Assembly: GCA_964574355.1 (NCBI GenBank)
Contig: CAZNMD010000002.1
Coordinates: 16,595 to 80,594, forward strand
Origin: an uncultured Candidatus Saccharibacteria bacterium
GTDB lineage: Bacteria > Patescibacteriota > Minisyncoccia > Phycocordibacterales > DSPV01
Length of the DNA stretch: 64,000 bases
Direction: 5' to 3'
This document shows, piece after piece, positions 55,638 to 64,000 of this stretch (positions are counted from its first letter, which is position 1; the number at the start of each line of letters is the position of its first letter). The notes beneath the pieces were generated by a model. The model was given only the letters and a program-made list of their open reading frames with translations, made no database searches and was not told the origin of the DNA. The position numbers were made by a program, and so were the translations under genes.

Positions 55638-56534
55638 ATGGTGCGCATGACTCTTGATGAAATGAAAATGCGAGCTGCCGAGATTGAAACGCTTATGATG
55701 AATGGCGATTTTTGGGCTGATAAGGTAAAGGCTCAAACCCTGATTAAGGAATTAAATGAATTAAAGGCTGATATTGAATCAGGGGGTCCTGGTGGTCGGT
55801 ATGATCGAGGGGATGCCATCATGACGATTTTTTCTGGTGCAGGTGGAGATGATTCGGAAGATTTTTCACGAATGCTTTTAGATATGTATTTGAAATACAT
55901 TCAAAAGAAGGGTTGGGAAACTCAGCTTTTACATGAAAATAAAAATGATCACGGCGGTTTTAGAAATGTGACCATTGAAATTAGTGGAAAAAATGTTTAT
56001 GGTACCCTTAAAAATGAATCGGGCGTTCATCGATTGGTACGCCTTTCACCTTTTAACGCTAATTCGTTAAGGCATACGTCGTTTTCTATGGTTGAAGTGA
56101 TTCCAAAACTTGAGAAGACCGTTGATATTCCTCTACCTGAATCTGAGCTTGAAATTTCAATTGCTCGGTCCGGCGGTCCGGGTGGTCAAAATGTAAATAA
56201 AAGAGAGACAGCCGTTCGAATTGTTCATTTGCCGACAAAACTTTCTGTACATGTAACAAGTGAGCGTAGTCAGGCTCAGAACAAGGAAAAGGCACTCGAT
56301 TTGTTGAGGGGTAAGCTTTATAAATTAAAAGAAGAAGAGCGTATTGCAAAAGAGAAGGGAATGTACGTATCAAAGACAACATCTGTCGAGTGGGGTAATC
56401 AAATTCGTTCTTATGTTCTCCATCCTTATAAGATGGTTAAGGATCATCGGACTGATGTTGAAACGTCACAAGTAGATAAAGTGTTAGAAGATGGTGATTT
56501 GGATGCTTTTATTGAGGCAGAGAAGAGGTTATAG
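55638..56534 (+). CDS. prfB: peptide chain release factor 2, N-terminally short form with no programmed frameshift
   Basis: SPF tripeptide motif (RLSPFNAN), GGQ motif (SGGPGGQNVNKRETAVRIVHLPT); 298 aa. Confidence 0.8.
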   Translation: MVRMTLDEMKMRAAEIETLMMNGDFWADKVKAQTLIKELNELKADIESGGPGGRYDRGDAIMTIFSGAGGDDSEDFSRMLLDMYLKYIQKKGWETQLLHENKNDHGGFRNVTIEISGKNVYGTLKNESGVHRLVRLSPFNANSLRHTSFSMVEVIPKLEKTVDIPLPESELEISIARSGGPGGQNVNKRETAVRIVHLPTKLSVHVTSERSQAQNKEKALDLLRGKLYKLKEEERIAKEKGMYVSKTTSVEWGNQIRSYVLHPYKMVKDHRTDVETSQVDKVLEDGDLDAFIEAEKRL

Positions 56535-56657
56535 TTCGATAGTTGAAAGTGTTCTCGAGCCTTTCATCATCTTTTTGATGAGTGGTATACTAAAAAGGAG
56601 AGCGCTTTATTTTTTGTTTTGCGTAAGCCGACGTGTCAAAGTTGAGAGCTCTCTTTT

Positions 56658-57338
56658 ATGATTTATTTCGACAATGTATCAAAGGTGTATTCAGATGACT
56701 CTATTGCATTAGAGGATATTACTTTTACTATTGAACCAAAAGAGTTTGTTTCAGTTGTTGGTCATTCTGGTGCTGGAAAAACAACTCTTTTGAAGATGAT
56801 TTTAGCCGAAGAAAGACCTACTCAAGGGACGGTCTTTTTTGAATCAACAAATGTTCATAAGCTTCGTCGTGGTGCGATGAGCAAGTTGCGTCGAAGAATC
56901 GGTATGATTTTTCAGGATTTTCGTCTTTTACCTCACAAAAACACGTTTGAAAATATCGCTTTTGCCATGGAGGCGGCAGGTAAAACAGAGGCGGAAATTG
57001 CGGCCGATGTCCCTCATGTTCTTGATCTTGTTGATTTGCCGCACAAAATGTGGAATTTTCCTCATGAACTATCAGGAGGAGAAAAACAACGTATTGCGAT
57101 TGCTCGGGCAATTGTAAATCAACCAGATATTATTATTGCAGATGAGCCAACCGGAAATCTCGATCCAATTAATACGTATGACGTGGTGCAAATTTTAAAA
57201 AAGGTGAACGATCTTGGTACCACTGTTATTTTAACAACGCACAACAAGGGAGTTATTGATTCAATTGGGAAACGTGTTATTACCATGGATCGTGGACGAA
57301 TTATTCGTGATGACCGTGATGGTCGCTATATGCTTTAA
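56658..57338 (+). CDS. ftsE: cell-division ABC ATPase FtsE
   Basis: GHSGAGKTTLLKMI Walker A, LSGGEKQRIAIARA signature, IIIADEPTGNLD Walker B. Confidence 0.85.
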   Translation: MIYFDNVSKVYSDDSIALEDITFTIEPKEFVSVVGHSGAGKTTLLKMILAEERPTQGTVFFESTNVHKLRRGAMSKLRRRIGMIFQDFRLLPHKNTFENIAFAMEAAGKTEAEIAADVPHVLDLVDLPHKMWNFPHELSGGEKQRIAIARAIVNQPDIIIADEPTGNLDPINTYDVVQILKKVNDLGTTVILTTHNKGVIDSIGKRVITMDRGRIIRDDRDGRYML

Positions 57339-57346
57339 TTCAATTT

Positions 57347-58294
57347 ATGTTTTTAGTACACATCAAGCGCATTTTTAGGACAGGGGTTGTGAGTTTTTGG
57401 AGAAACGGTTTTGTTTCTCTGGCGTCAATCTTGGTGATGGTTATTGCGCTTTTTGTTGCTGGGGCAGTGGTATTTAATAATGCGCTACTCAACGCTTCTC
57501 TCGATGAGCTTCGTGATAAAGTTGATATTAATGCTTATTTTGTAACAACTGCCGCCGAAGAAGATATCCTTGCTCTCAAGCGGACAATAGAAGCTCTTCC
57601 GGAAGTTGCCAGTGTTGAATATGTTTCTCGTGAGGAGGCGTTGGCTCGTTTTGGTGAACGTCACGCAAATGATGATCTTATTATTCAGGCCCTTGAAGAG
57701 CTTGATGATAATCCTTTAGGTGCAGTATTGAATATTAAAGCGAAGGACCCCTCTCAATATGAAAGTGTTGCAAATTTCTTAAAAGAAGGAGAGACCCTTG
57801 AAAGTGGAGGGACCTCAATTATTTATCGGGTCAACTATTTTCAAAATAAAGCAGCGATTGATCGGTTGACTGAAATTATAGCTTCCACTGAATGGTCAAA
57901 TGTTGTTCGAACGATTGTGTTGATTGTGATCTCTTTAATTGTGTCGTTCAATACGATTCGTCTCGCTATCTATACTTCTCGTGAGGAGATTTCGGTTATG
58001 CGTCTTGTGGGGGCTTCAAATGGGTATATTCGCGGACCTTTTATTGTTGTTGGGGTTTTGTACGGTCTTATTGCTGGAATTATCACTATTTCTATTTTTT
58101 ATCCGGTTACCTATTATTTTGGGCCACTTTTCTATCCATTACCCCTCTTTCTCACTGGGACAGTTGAGCAAGTAACGTTATTTAGGTATTTTGTTGAAAA
58201 TTTTGTTGAAATTGCAGGTATTATTTTTGGTTCAGGTATTGTGTTAGGCGCTGTTTCCAGTTGGCTTGCTGTTCGTCGTTATTTGTCATTGTAA
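57347..58294 (+). CDS. ftsX: cell-division permease-like protein FtsX
   Basis: Transmembrane helix 1, large extracellular domain, then 3 C-terminal transmembrane helices; follows ftsE. Confidence 0.8.
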   Translation: MFLVHIKRIFRTGVVSFWRNGFVSLASILVMVIALFVAGAVVFNNALLNASLDELRDKVDINAYFVTTAAEEDILALKRTIEALPEVASVEYVSREEALARFGERHANDDLIIQALEELDDNPLGAVLNIKAKDPSQYESVANFLKEGETLESGGTSIIYRVNYFQNKAAIDRLTEIIASTEWSNVVRTIVLIVISLIVSFNTIRLAIYTSREEISVMRLVGASNGYIRGPFIVVGVLYGLIAGIITISIFYPVTYYFGPLFYPLPLFLTGTVEQVTLFRYFVENFVEIAGIIFGSGIVLGAVSSWLAVRRYLSL

Positions 58295-58439
58295 GAGCTT
58301 TTTATCGAGGAGATTTATGTGTGTTTTTTTAAAGCCTGTTTTTGCGTGCTTTTCGATTTTGTTGCCCATTGTGATATGTCTCGCCGGGCGTTTCCTAGTG
58401 GTGTAAAATACTTCAGTTAATCGTTTATTCGTCGATATC

Positions 58440-60083
58440 GTGAAAAAAGGACACAAGTATATCTTCGTGGTTGGTGGGGTGATGAGCGGTGTCGGTAAGG
58501 GAATCGCTACCTCTTCCATCGGTACTATTTTGAAGGCCAAAGGTTATCGTGTGAATCCAGTAAAAGTTGATCCTTATTTAAACGTCGACGCAGGTACTAT
58601 GAACCCCACCGAACATGGTGAGGTTTTTGTTTTAAATTCTGGACTAGAGACTGATCAGGATATGGGCAATTATGAGCGTTTCTTGGAGATTGATTTGGGA
58701 CCAGATGATTACATGACGAGCGGTATGGTATACAAGGCGGTTATTGATCGGGAACGAGCACTTGGATATAAGGGTAAGTGTGTTGAAGCAATTCCTCATA
58801 TTACGAATGAAATTCTTGCTCGTTTTGAACGTTCTGCAAAAGAGGCGGGATCAGATATATCACTTGTGGAAATCGGTGGCACTGTTGGCGATTATCAGAA
58901 TGTTCTTTTTATTGAAGCAGCTCGAGCCTTGAAACTGAGACATCCAAACGATGTTATTTTTATAATGGTTTCTTTTCTTCCTGTTCCTTCAACGTTGGGT
59001 GAAATGAAAACTCGTCCGACGCAACACGCGGTTCGTCAATTGAATTCGTATGGTGTTCAGCCAGATATTATTATTGCTCGTGGTCCCGTTCCACTTGATC
59101 TTAGGCGCAAAGAAAAAATAGCTATTTCTTCTAATGTTCCTGTTGAAAATGTTATTTCTGCTCCTGATATTGAAAGCGTATATGATGTGCCTTTGAATTT
59201 TGATAAAGATCGTATTGGTGAGCGTATTTTAGATGTTTTTTCACTTCGGCCAAAAGATAAGAAAGGAGCTCTTATGGATAAATGGAAAGCTTTTGCTGAT
59301 GGTGTAAAGTCAGCCAAAAGAGAAGTGTCTATTGGGATTGTTGGAAAATATTTTGATACAGGAGATTTTGTTTTATCTGACGCCTATGTTTCAGTGATCG
59401 AGGCAATAAAATATTCGGCGTATGCCAATGGAGTAAAACCAATCTTAACCTGGATTAATAGTAAGGATTTTGAGCGTGATCCAAAGACTGTAAAGATGCT
59501 TGGAAATCTTGATGGGGTTATTGTTCCGGGCGGTTTTGGTGAAACGGGTGTAGAAGGGAAGATTAGAGCTATACAATATTGCCGAGAAAATAAGATTCCT
59601 TATTTTGGTCTGTGTTACGGTATGCAACTTATGGTTATTGAGTATGCGCGAAATGTTGCAGGTCTTTCTGGTGCTCATACAACTGAAATTGATCCAAAAT
59701 CTCCACATCCAGTTATTGATATTATGCTGGATCAAAAGAAAAAGCTTGCAAGTAAAGATTATGGCGGATCAATGCGACTTGGTGCATATGTGGCTGAATT
59801 AAAAGCTGATACGCTTGCTCGTGAAGCTTATGGTAAGGCCTCTGTGTCAGAGCGTCATCGACATCGCTTTGAGGTTAATCCTGAATATGTTGCTCGTATT
59901 GAGTCTGCGGGGTTGGTTTTTTCAGGGCGCTCACCCGACGGTACGCTTATGGAGATTGCTGAGCTACCTCGAAATACACATCCGTTTATGCTCGGTACGC
60001 AGTTTCACCCAGAATTTCTTGCACGCCCCCTGTCTCCGCATCCATTATTTAGTGCTTTTGTTAAGGTGATTAAAAAGAAATGA
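58440..60083 (+). CDS. pyrG: CTP synthase
   Basis: KYIFVVGGVMSGVGKGIATSSIG ... glutamine amidotransferase C-terminal half, GLCYGMQ. Confidence 0.9.
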   Translation: MKKGHKYIFVVGGVMSGVGKGIATSSIGTILKAKGYRVNPVKVDPYLNVDAGTMNPTEHGEVFVLNSGLETDQDMGNYERFLEIDLGPDDYMTSGMVYKAVIDRERALGYKGKCVEAIPHITNEILARFERSAKEAGSDISLVEIGGTVGDYQNVLFIEAARALKLRHPNDVIFIMVSFLPVPSTLGEMKTRPTQHAVRQLNSYGVQPDIIIARGPVPLDLRRKEKIAISSNVPVENVISAPDIESVYDVPLNFDKDRIGERILDVFSLRPKDKKGALMDKWKAFADGVKSAKREVSIGIVGKYFDTGDFVLSDAYVSVIEAIKYSAYANGVKPILTWINSKDFERDPKTVKMLGNLDGVIVPGGFGETGVEGKIRAIQYCRENKIPYFGLCYGMQLMVIEYARNVAGLSGAHTTEIDPKSPHPVIDIMLDQKKKLASKDYGGSMRLGAYVAELKADTLAREAYGKASVSERHRHRFEVNPEYVARIESAGLVFSGRSPDGTLMEIAELPRNTHPFMLGTQFHPEFLARPLSPHPLFSAFVKVIKKK

Positions 60084-60173
60084 CGTTTTTCCTTGTGATG
60101 GTGTAGATAGAGTTTTACTGAATTTGTCCAGAGATGGGTGTGATACTATGAATATTCATTTTCTTAATATTTT

Positions 60174-60848
60174 ATGTGCAATGTTGATTGTTTAAAGTGG
60201 GCAAGTGAACAAGTTTCTCTGGAGGATGTTCAGGGTAAAAAGGTTATAGAGGTTGGGTCGTATGATGTGAACGGTAGTTTGCGTTACATTATTTCTGCAC
60301 TTAAGCCGGCTTTGTACACAGGTATCGACCTTGTTTCTGGACCCGGTGTTGATGTAGTTTGTCCTGCTGAAAAGGCTGTAGATATGTTTGGAAAAGAGAG
60401 TTTTGATATTGTTGTTTCGACATGTGTTTTTGAACATACGGAAGACTGGAGAAGCTATGTTTCGAGTCTTAAAAATTTGTGCAGAACAAAAGGTACTATT
60501 TTGCTTGTTGTTCCATCTCGGTGGGATTATCATGAATATCCGCGGGATTTTTGGCGTATCAGCCTTGAAGATATAAAAGAAATTTTTTCTGACTATCAGA
60601 TTGAAACCATACAAGAAGATAAGGGGTGGCCCGCTCTTGTGTATGCAAAGTTGATTAAGCCGGAAAAGTTTATGGAAAAGGATTTATCTGGTTATAAACT
60701 GTACTCTGTTATTACGGGCAACAAAGAACTTGTGGTTAGTCCTGGTGATTTAAAAACATTGAGATTCCATTTTTTGCGTATTGCTGGGCGTGTAAAACAG
60801 CTTATCGATACTCTTTCTTCAAAAGTATTTTGGTTATTTAGAAATTAG
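60174..60848 (+). CDS. class I SAM-dependent methyltransferase
   Basis: VIEVGSYDVNG ... FDIVVSTCVFEHTEDW (methyltransferase-domain motifs I and post-II). Confidence 0.55.
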   Translation: MCNVDCLKWASEQVSLEDVQGKKVIEVGSYDVNGSLRYIISALKPALYTGIDLVSGPGVDVVCPAEKAVDMFGKESFDIVVSTCVFEHTEDWRSYVSSLKNLCRTKGTILLVVPSRWDYHEYPRDFWRISLEDIKEIFSDYQIETIQEDKGWPALVYAKLIKPEKFMEKDLSGYKLYSVITGNKELVVSPGDLKTLRFHFLRIAGRVKQLIDTLSSKVFWLFRN

Positions 60849-60885
60849 AGGCTCTAATTCATCTGATGTTCCTATATTTTCTACG

Positions 60886-61659
60886 ATGATGAAAATTACC
60901 TCATGGTCCCATTATATTTCTTTAGTTCAAGCTTTTGCTTGGGCTGATTTTAAATTGAGATTCCATGGGTCAACGTTTGGAATTTTGTGGTCAGTTATTA
61001 AACCCCTCATTGTTTTTGGTGTTATCTATACAGTTTTTGTTTTTTTTATCACGGTTAAAACTCCCCACTATGCAACTTCGTTGTTGTTAGCAGTAATTTT
61101 GTGGAATTTTTTTGCTGAAGCAACAACGTTTTCCATTGTGAGTATCGAAGAAAAATCTCCGTTACTTAAAAAGATTTTTTTTCCACGTACGATTGTTGTT
61201 GTTTCTGCCATGATGACTGCTTTTATTTCACTCTTTTTTAATACAATTGTATTTTTTGTTCTTATTTGTTTTTCTGATATTCAGGTGACGTGGTATGCAT
61301 TTATGCTTGTTGCATATTTGTTTCCGTATGCATTATTTACGCTTGGTTTTGGATTTACTCTCTCTGCACTTTTTGCGAAGTTTAAAGATGTTCGCATGAT
61401 TTGGGAAATGTTTCTCCAGCTTGGGCCATGGATTACTCCGATTGTGTACACTGTCTCGGCTATACCATCGCAGTATCAAAGTATTGTTTTACTTAATCCT
61501 ATTGCTCGTGTTATCGAATATTCTCGGTCAGCTTTTATTTTTGGTAGAGTTGATGATCTACAAGGAATAGGTGTTTTGTATCTTGTGTCGTTTGCAGTAT
61601 TTGCTTGCGGGTATTACATATTCAGTATTCGTCAAATAAAATTTGCAGAAGAATTATAA
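60886..61659 (+). CDS. ABC-2 type polysaccharide/teichoic-acid export permease (Wzm/TagG-like)
   Basis: 257 aa, 6 transmembrane helices, ABC-2 permease topology. Confidence 0.7.
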   Translation: MMKITSWSHYISLVQAFAWADFKLRFHGSTFGILWSVIKPLIVFGVIYTVFVFFITVKTPHYATSLLLAVILWNFFAEATTFSIVSIEEKSPLLKKIFFPRTIVVVSAMMTAFISLFFNTIVFFVLICFSDIQVTWYAFMLVAYLFPYALFTLGFGFTLSALFAKFKDVRMIWEMFLQLGPWITPIVYTVSAIPSQYQSIVLLNPIARVIEYSRSAFIFGRVDDLQGIGVLYLVSFAVFACGYYIFSIRQIKFAEEL

Positions 61660-61664
61660 TTTGT

Positions 61665-62396
61665 ATGTCAAACATCATTGAACTTGTGAATGTGACAAAA
61701 AATTTTCGACTACAACCAGAGAGTCGGAGTTTAAAGGAGTTGGTAATGAAACCTTTTCGGCATATTAGTAACGAATTGGTTTGTGTCGCTGATGATATTA
61801 CTTTATCTGTGGCTGAGGGCGATTTTCTTGGAGTTATTGGACTAAATGGGGCAGGCAAATCAACACTCCTTAAGCTTATTTCTGGTGTTTTCTATCCTGA
61901 TCGCGGGACAATTCATGTTACGGGAAGTATCTCACCTTTTATTGAGCTTGGGGTTGGGTTTCAGCCTGAGCTTTCTGGACGAGATAATGTCTTTTTGTAT
62001 GGTGCCATATTGGGTCTTACACGTAAGCAAATAAAAGATCGGTATGATGCCATTGTCTCTTTTGCTGAGCTTGAAAAGTTCATGCATCAAAAAGTAAGAA
62101 ATTATTCAACTGGTATGCAAATGAGGCTCGGTTTTTCTATCACGTCGCATGTTGATGCCGATATATTTCTTGTTGATGAGGCTCTTGCGGTCGGCGATGA
62201 ATTTTTTCAGAAAAAATGTCTTTCGTACATGGATTCTCTTGTTCAACGCAAAAAAACAATTATCTTTGTTTCTCACGATTTACCGACAGTTGAAAAGCGT
62301 TGCAATAGATTAGCTGTACTTGAGCGTGGTAGGCTGGTCGCAGTGGGAGCACCCTCTGATGTGATAAAGTATCACATGCCTAAAAAGGTAACTTAA
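61665..62396 (+). CDS. ABC transporter ATP-binding protein (Wzt/TagH-like)
   Basis: GLNGAGKSTLLKLI, YSTGMQMRLGFS signature, IFLVDEALAVGD. Confidence 0.8.
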   Translation: MSNIIELVNVTKNFRLQPESRSLKELVMKPFRHISNELVCVADDITLSVAEGDFLGVIGLNGAGKSTLLKLISGVFYPDRGTIHVTGSISPFIELGVGFQPELSGRDNVFLYGAILGLTRKQIKDRYDAIVSFAELEKFMHQKVRNYSTGMQMRLGFSITSHVDADIFLVDEALAVGDEFFQKKCLSYMDSLVQRKKTIIFVSHDLPTVEKRCNRLAVLERGRLVAVGAPSDVIKYHMPKKVT

Positions 62397-62415
62397 CTAT
62401 TCAATTGCATTTACT

Positions 62416-63144
62416 ATGACAGGCTTTTTAAGCAATAAAATAATGTTTGTGCGAAAGGCGTTACGTAAGGCAACTTACGGCCAGTCATTTTTAAGTGGTC
62501 TTATTTCCAAGTTCTTTCATCGGTTCTATTACTATTCTGGAGAGGAAGGTCAAACATGGAAGAAGACGACGTGGTTTGGGGTTCCTGCTCAAAAATGCCC
62601 ATTTGATATGTGGGTGTATCAAGAAATTCTTTTTGAAACGAAACCAGATTTTATTATCGAAACAGGAACCGCTGATGGAGGCAGTGCTCTTTTTTTGGGT
62701 TCAATTTGTGATTTGCTTCAAACTGGTCACATTGTTTCGATTGATATTGAAAAAAAGAATCGACCAAAACATCCTCGTGTAACGTATATAACAGGTTCTT
62801 CTTCTTCGGCCGAAGTAGTAAATAAAGTTAAAGAATTAATTCGAGAAAAAAAACGGGTTATGGTTATTTTGGATTCTGATCATAGTAAAGACCATGTTGC
62901 CCGAGAGCTTAAAATATACAGTTCTTTTGTTTCGGTCGGACAGTATCTTATTGTTGAAGATACAAACGTGAATAATAATCCAGTATTGCCAGAATTTGGT
63001 CCTGGACCAAAAGAGGCTATAGATGATTTTTTGAAGAACAATCAATTCTTTGTTGTTGATAAAAGTCGGGAGAAATTCTATGTAACGTTTAATCCGGGTG
63101 GTTATTTAAGGCGCATAGAGGGGGGGGTTCTCGGCTCTAATTAG
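62416..63144 (+). CDS. CmcI/TylF-like (Methyltransf_24) SAM-dependent O-methyltransferase
   Basis: IIETGTADGGSALFLG ... VMVILDSDHSKDHV ... YLIVEDT. Confidence 0.55.
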   Translation: MTGFLSNKIMFVRKALRKATYGQSFLSGLISKFFHRFYYYSGEEGQTWKKTTWFGVPAQKCPFDMWVYQEILFETKPDFIIETGTADGGSALFLGSICDLLQTGHIVSIDIEKKNRPKHPRVTYITGSSSSAEVVNKVKELIREKKRVMVILDSDHSKDHVARELKIYSSFVSVGQYLIVEDTNVNNNPVLPEFGPGPKEAIDDFLKNNQFFVVDKSREKFYVTFNPGGYLRRIEGGVLGSN

Positions 63145-63157
63145 TTTGATTTTGATT

Positions 63158-64000
63158 ATGGTACAGAGTACTAAATACGAATCACATCATGCAACGGCTC
63201 GTGATCCTGGATCAAGTTTGCAAAAGATTTTTAATTTGATTCCAGCAGAAAGTAAGGTTCTTGACGTTGGTTGTAGTAGTGGTTATTTGGCAGAGGGCTT
63301 AATAAAAGAGAAACAATGTCGAGTGACAGGGATTGAATTTAATTCCAAAGATGCGCAAAAAGCTGAAGCGTTTTGCGAAAAAGTTATTTGTTGCGATGTT
63401 GAACGTGATATCTGGGAACAGCAAGTTGATGAGCATTCTTTTGATGTTGTTGTTTTTGCAGATGTGTTAGAGCATCTTCATGATCCGGTAGGTGTTTTGC
63501 GTCGAACGAAGAGTATTCTTAAAGATAAGGGGTATATTGTGATCTCTGTTCCAAATATTTCTCATGTCTCGGCTCGTTTAAAATTGTTGATGGGAGAGTT
63601 TCCTGTTGAAAAATACGGGCTATTTGATAGTACTCATTTGCATTTTTATACTCGATCAACACTCATAGATATGGTTAGTGAAGCTGGTTTTTATGTGGAA
63701 CAGATAGAGCCTACGTATAAGATTTTGCCAGATTCAACAGTAAATAAGATCCTGCAGCTTTCAGGGTTAACATATTCACCGTTGGTGAAAAAATGGTTTG
63801 AACAAACGGATGGTTTTGCGTATCAATTTATTGTGAAAGCATCTTTGTCTCCAGGTAAAAATACAACTAAATCATTTTCTTTTAAGAATGCTAAAGAGGA
63901 GATTGATTTACTTAACTATCAAATGGATAAAATCTATCGGTCATTTCCGTGGCGTATACTTGTGTTTTTTTATTGGTTGAAGCAAAAGATATTTCGTTCG
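63158..64000 (+). CDS. class I SAM-dependent methyltransferase (partial; runs off the window end)
   Basis: VLDVGCSSGYLAEGL ... FDVVVFADVLEHLHDP. Confidence 0.6.
   Translation, partial: MVQSTKYESHHATARDPGSSLQKIFNLIPAESKVLDVGCSSGYLAEGLIKEKQCRVTGIEFNSKDAQKAEAFCEKVICCDVERDIWEQQVDEHSFDVVVFADVLEHLHDPVGVLRRTKSILKDKGYIVISVPNISHVSARLKLLMGEFPVEKYGLFDSTHLHFYTRSTLIDMVSEAGFYVEQIEPTYKILPDSTVNKILQLSGLTYSPLVKKWFEQTDGFAYQFIVKASLSPGKNTTKSFSFKNAKEEIDLLNYQMDKIYRSFPWRILVFFYWLKQKIFRS

Noticed and set aside
55628-55660. Canonical RF2 +1 programmed frameshift site
   Set aside because: I looked for CUU UGA C with an upstream internal Shine-Dalgarno site. Only TCT TGA is present, with no Shine-Dalgarno sequence. prfB can be read from in-frame Met codons with no shift.

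Overview
This window reads as a low-GC, streamlined bacterial genome segment, resembling Patescibacteria/CPR genomes, with short intergenic regions, many GTG/TTG starts and AGGAGG-type ribosome-binding sites. Most of it is housekeeping: ndk, the infC-rpmI-rplT operon, ftsH, recG, pyrH, mltG, ligA, gatCA, prfB, ftsEX, pyrG, uppS, and smpB with tmRNA.

Other content:
- eight tRNA genes
- a complete type IV pilus / competence-type cluster (comF, pilMNO, pilB, a response regulator, pilT, pilC, two major pilin paralogs, pilD, four minor pilins), plus a second pilin locus
- an SOS cassette: a Cheo-type LexA box inside a promoter, followed by lexA and a Y-family polymerase
- a four-gene GATC restriction-modification operon (Dam-like methyltransferase, DUF262/DUF1524 GmrSD-like nuclease, DpnII/MboI-like endonuclease, second methyltransferase) sitting immediately 3' of tRNA-Ser
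- a glycan-type methyltransferase / Wzm-Wzt ABC transporter cluster at the 3' end of the window

The candidates I rate highest for novelty:
1. A standalone 481-aa reverse transcriptase (RT) with no neighbouring effector gene. It is preceded on its own strand by a ~265-nt hairpin-rich non-coding region and lies directly downstream of the tmRNA gene. This is a candidate ncRNA-plus-RT, retron/DRT-like element.
2. A recurring architecture at tRNA-like genes: gene, then terminator hairpin, then an inverted copy of the gene's own 3' end. In the tmRNA and tRNA-Ser cases the copy is interrupted at the same junction by a ~24-nt hairpin starting ACGC.

Further observations include direct and partial tRNA-end duplicates near three other tRNAs, a trio of strongly expressed small ORFs (two of them paralogs), a candidate riboswitch-like leader, and a promoter-driven non-coding region.
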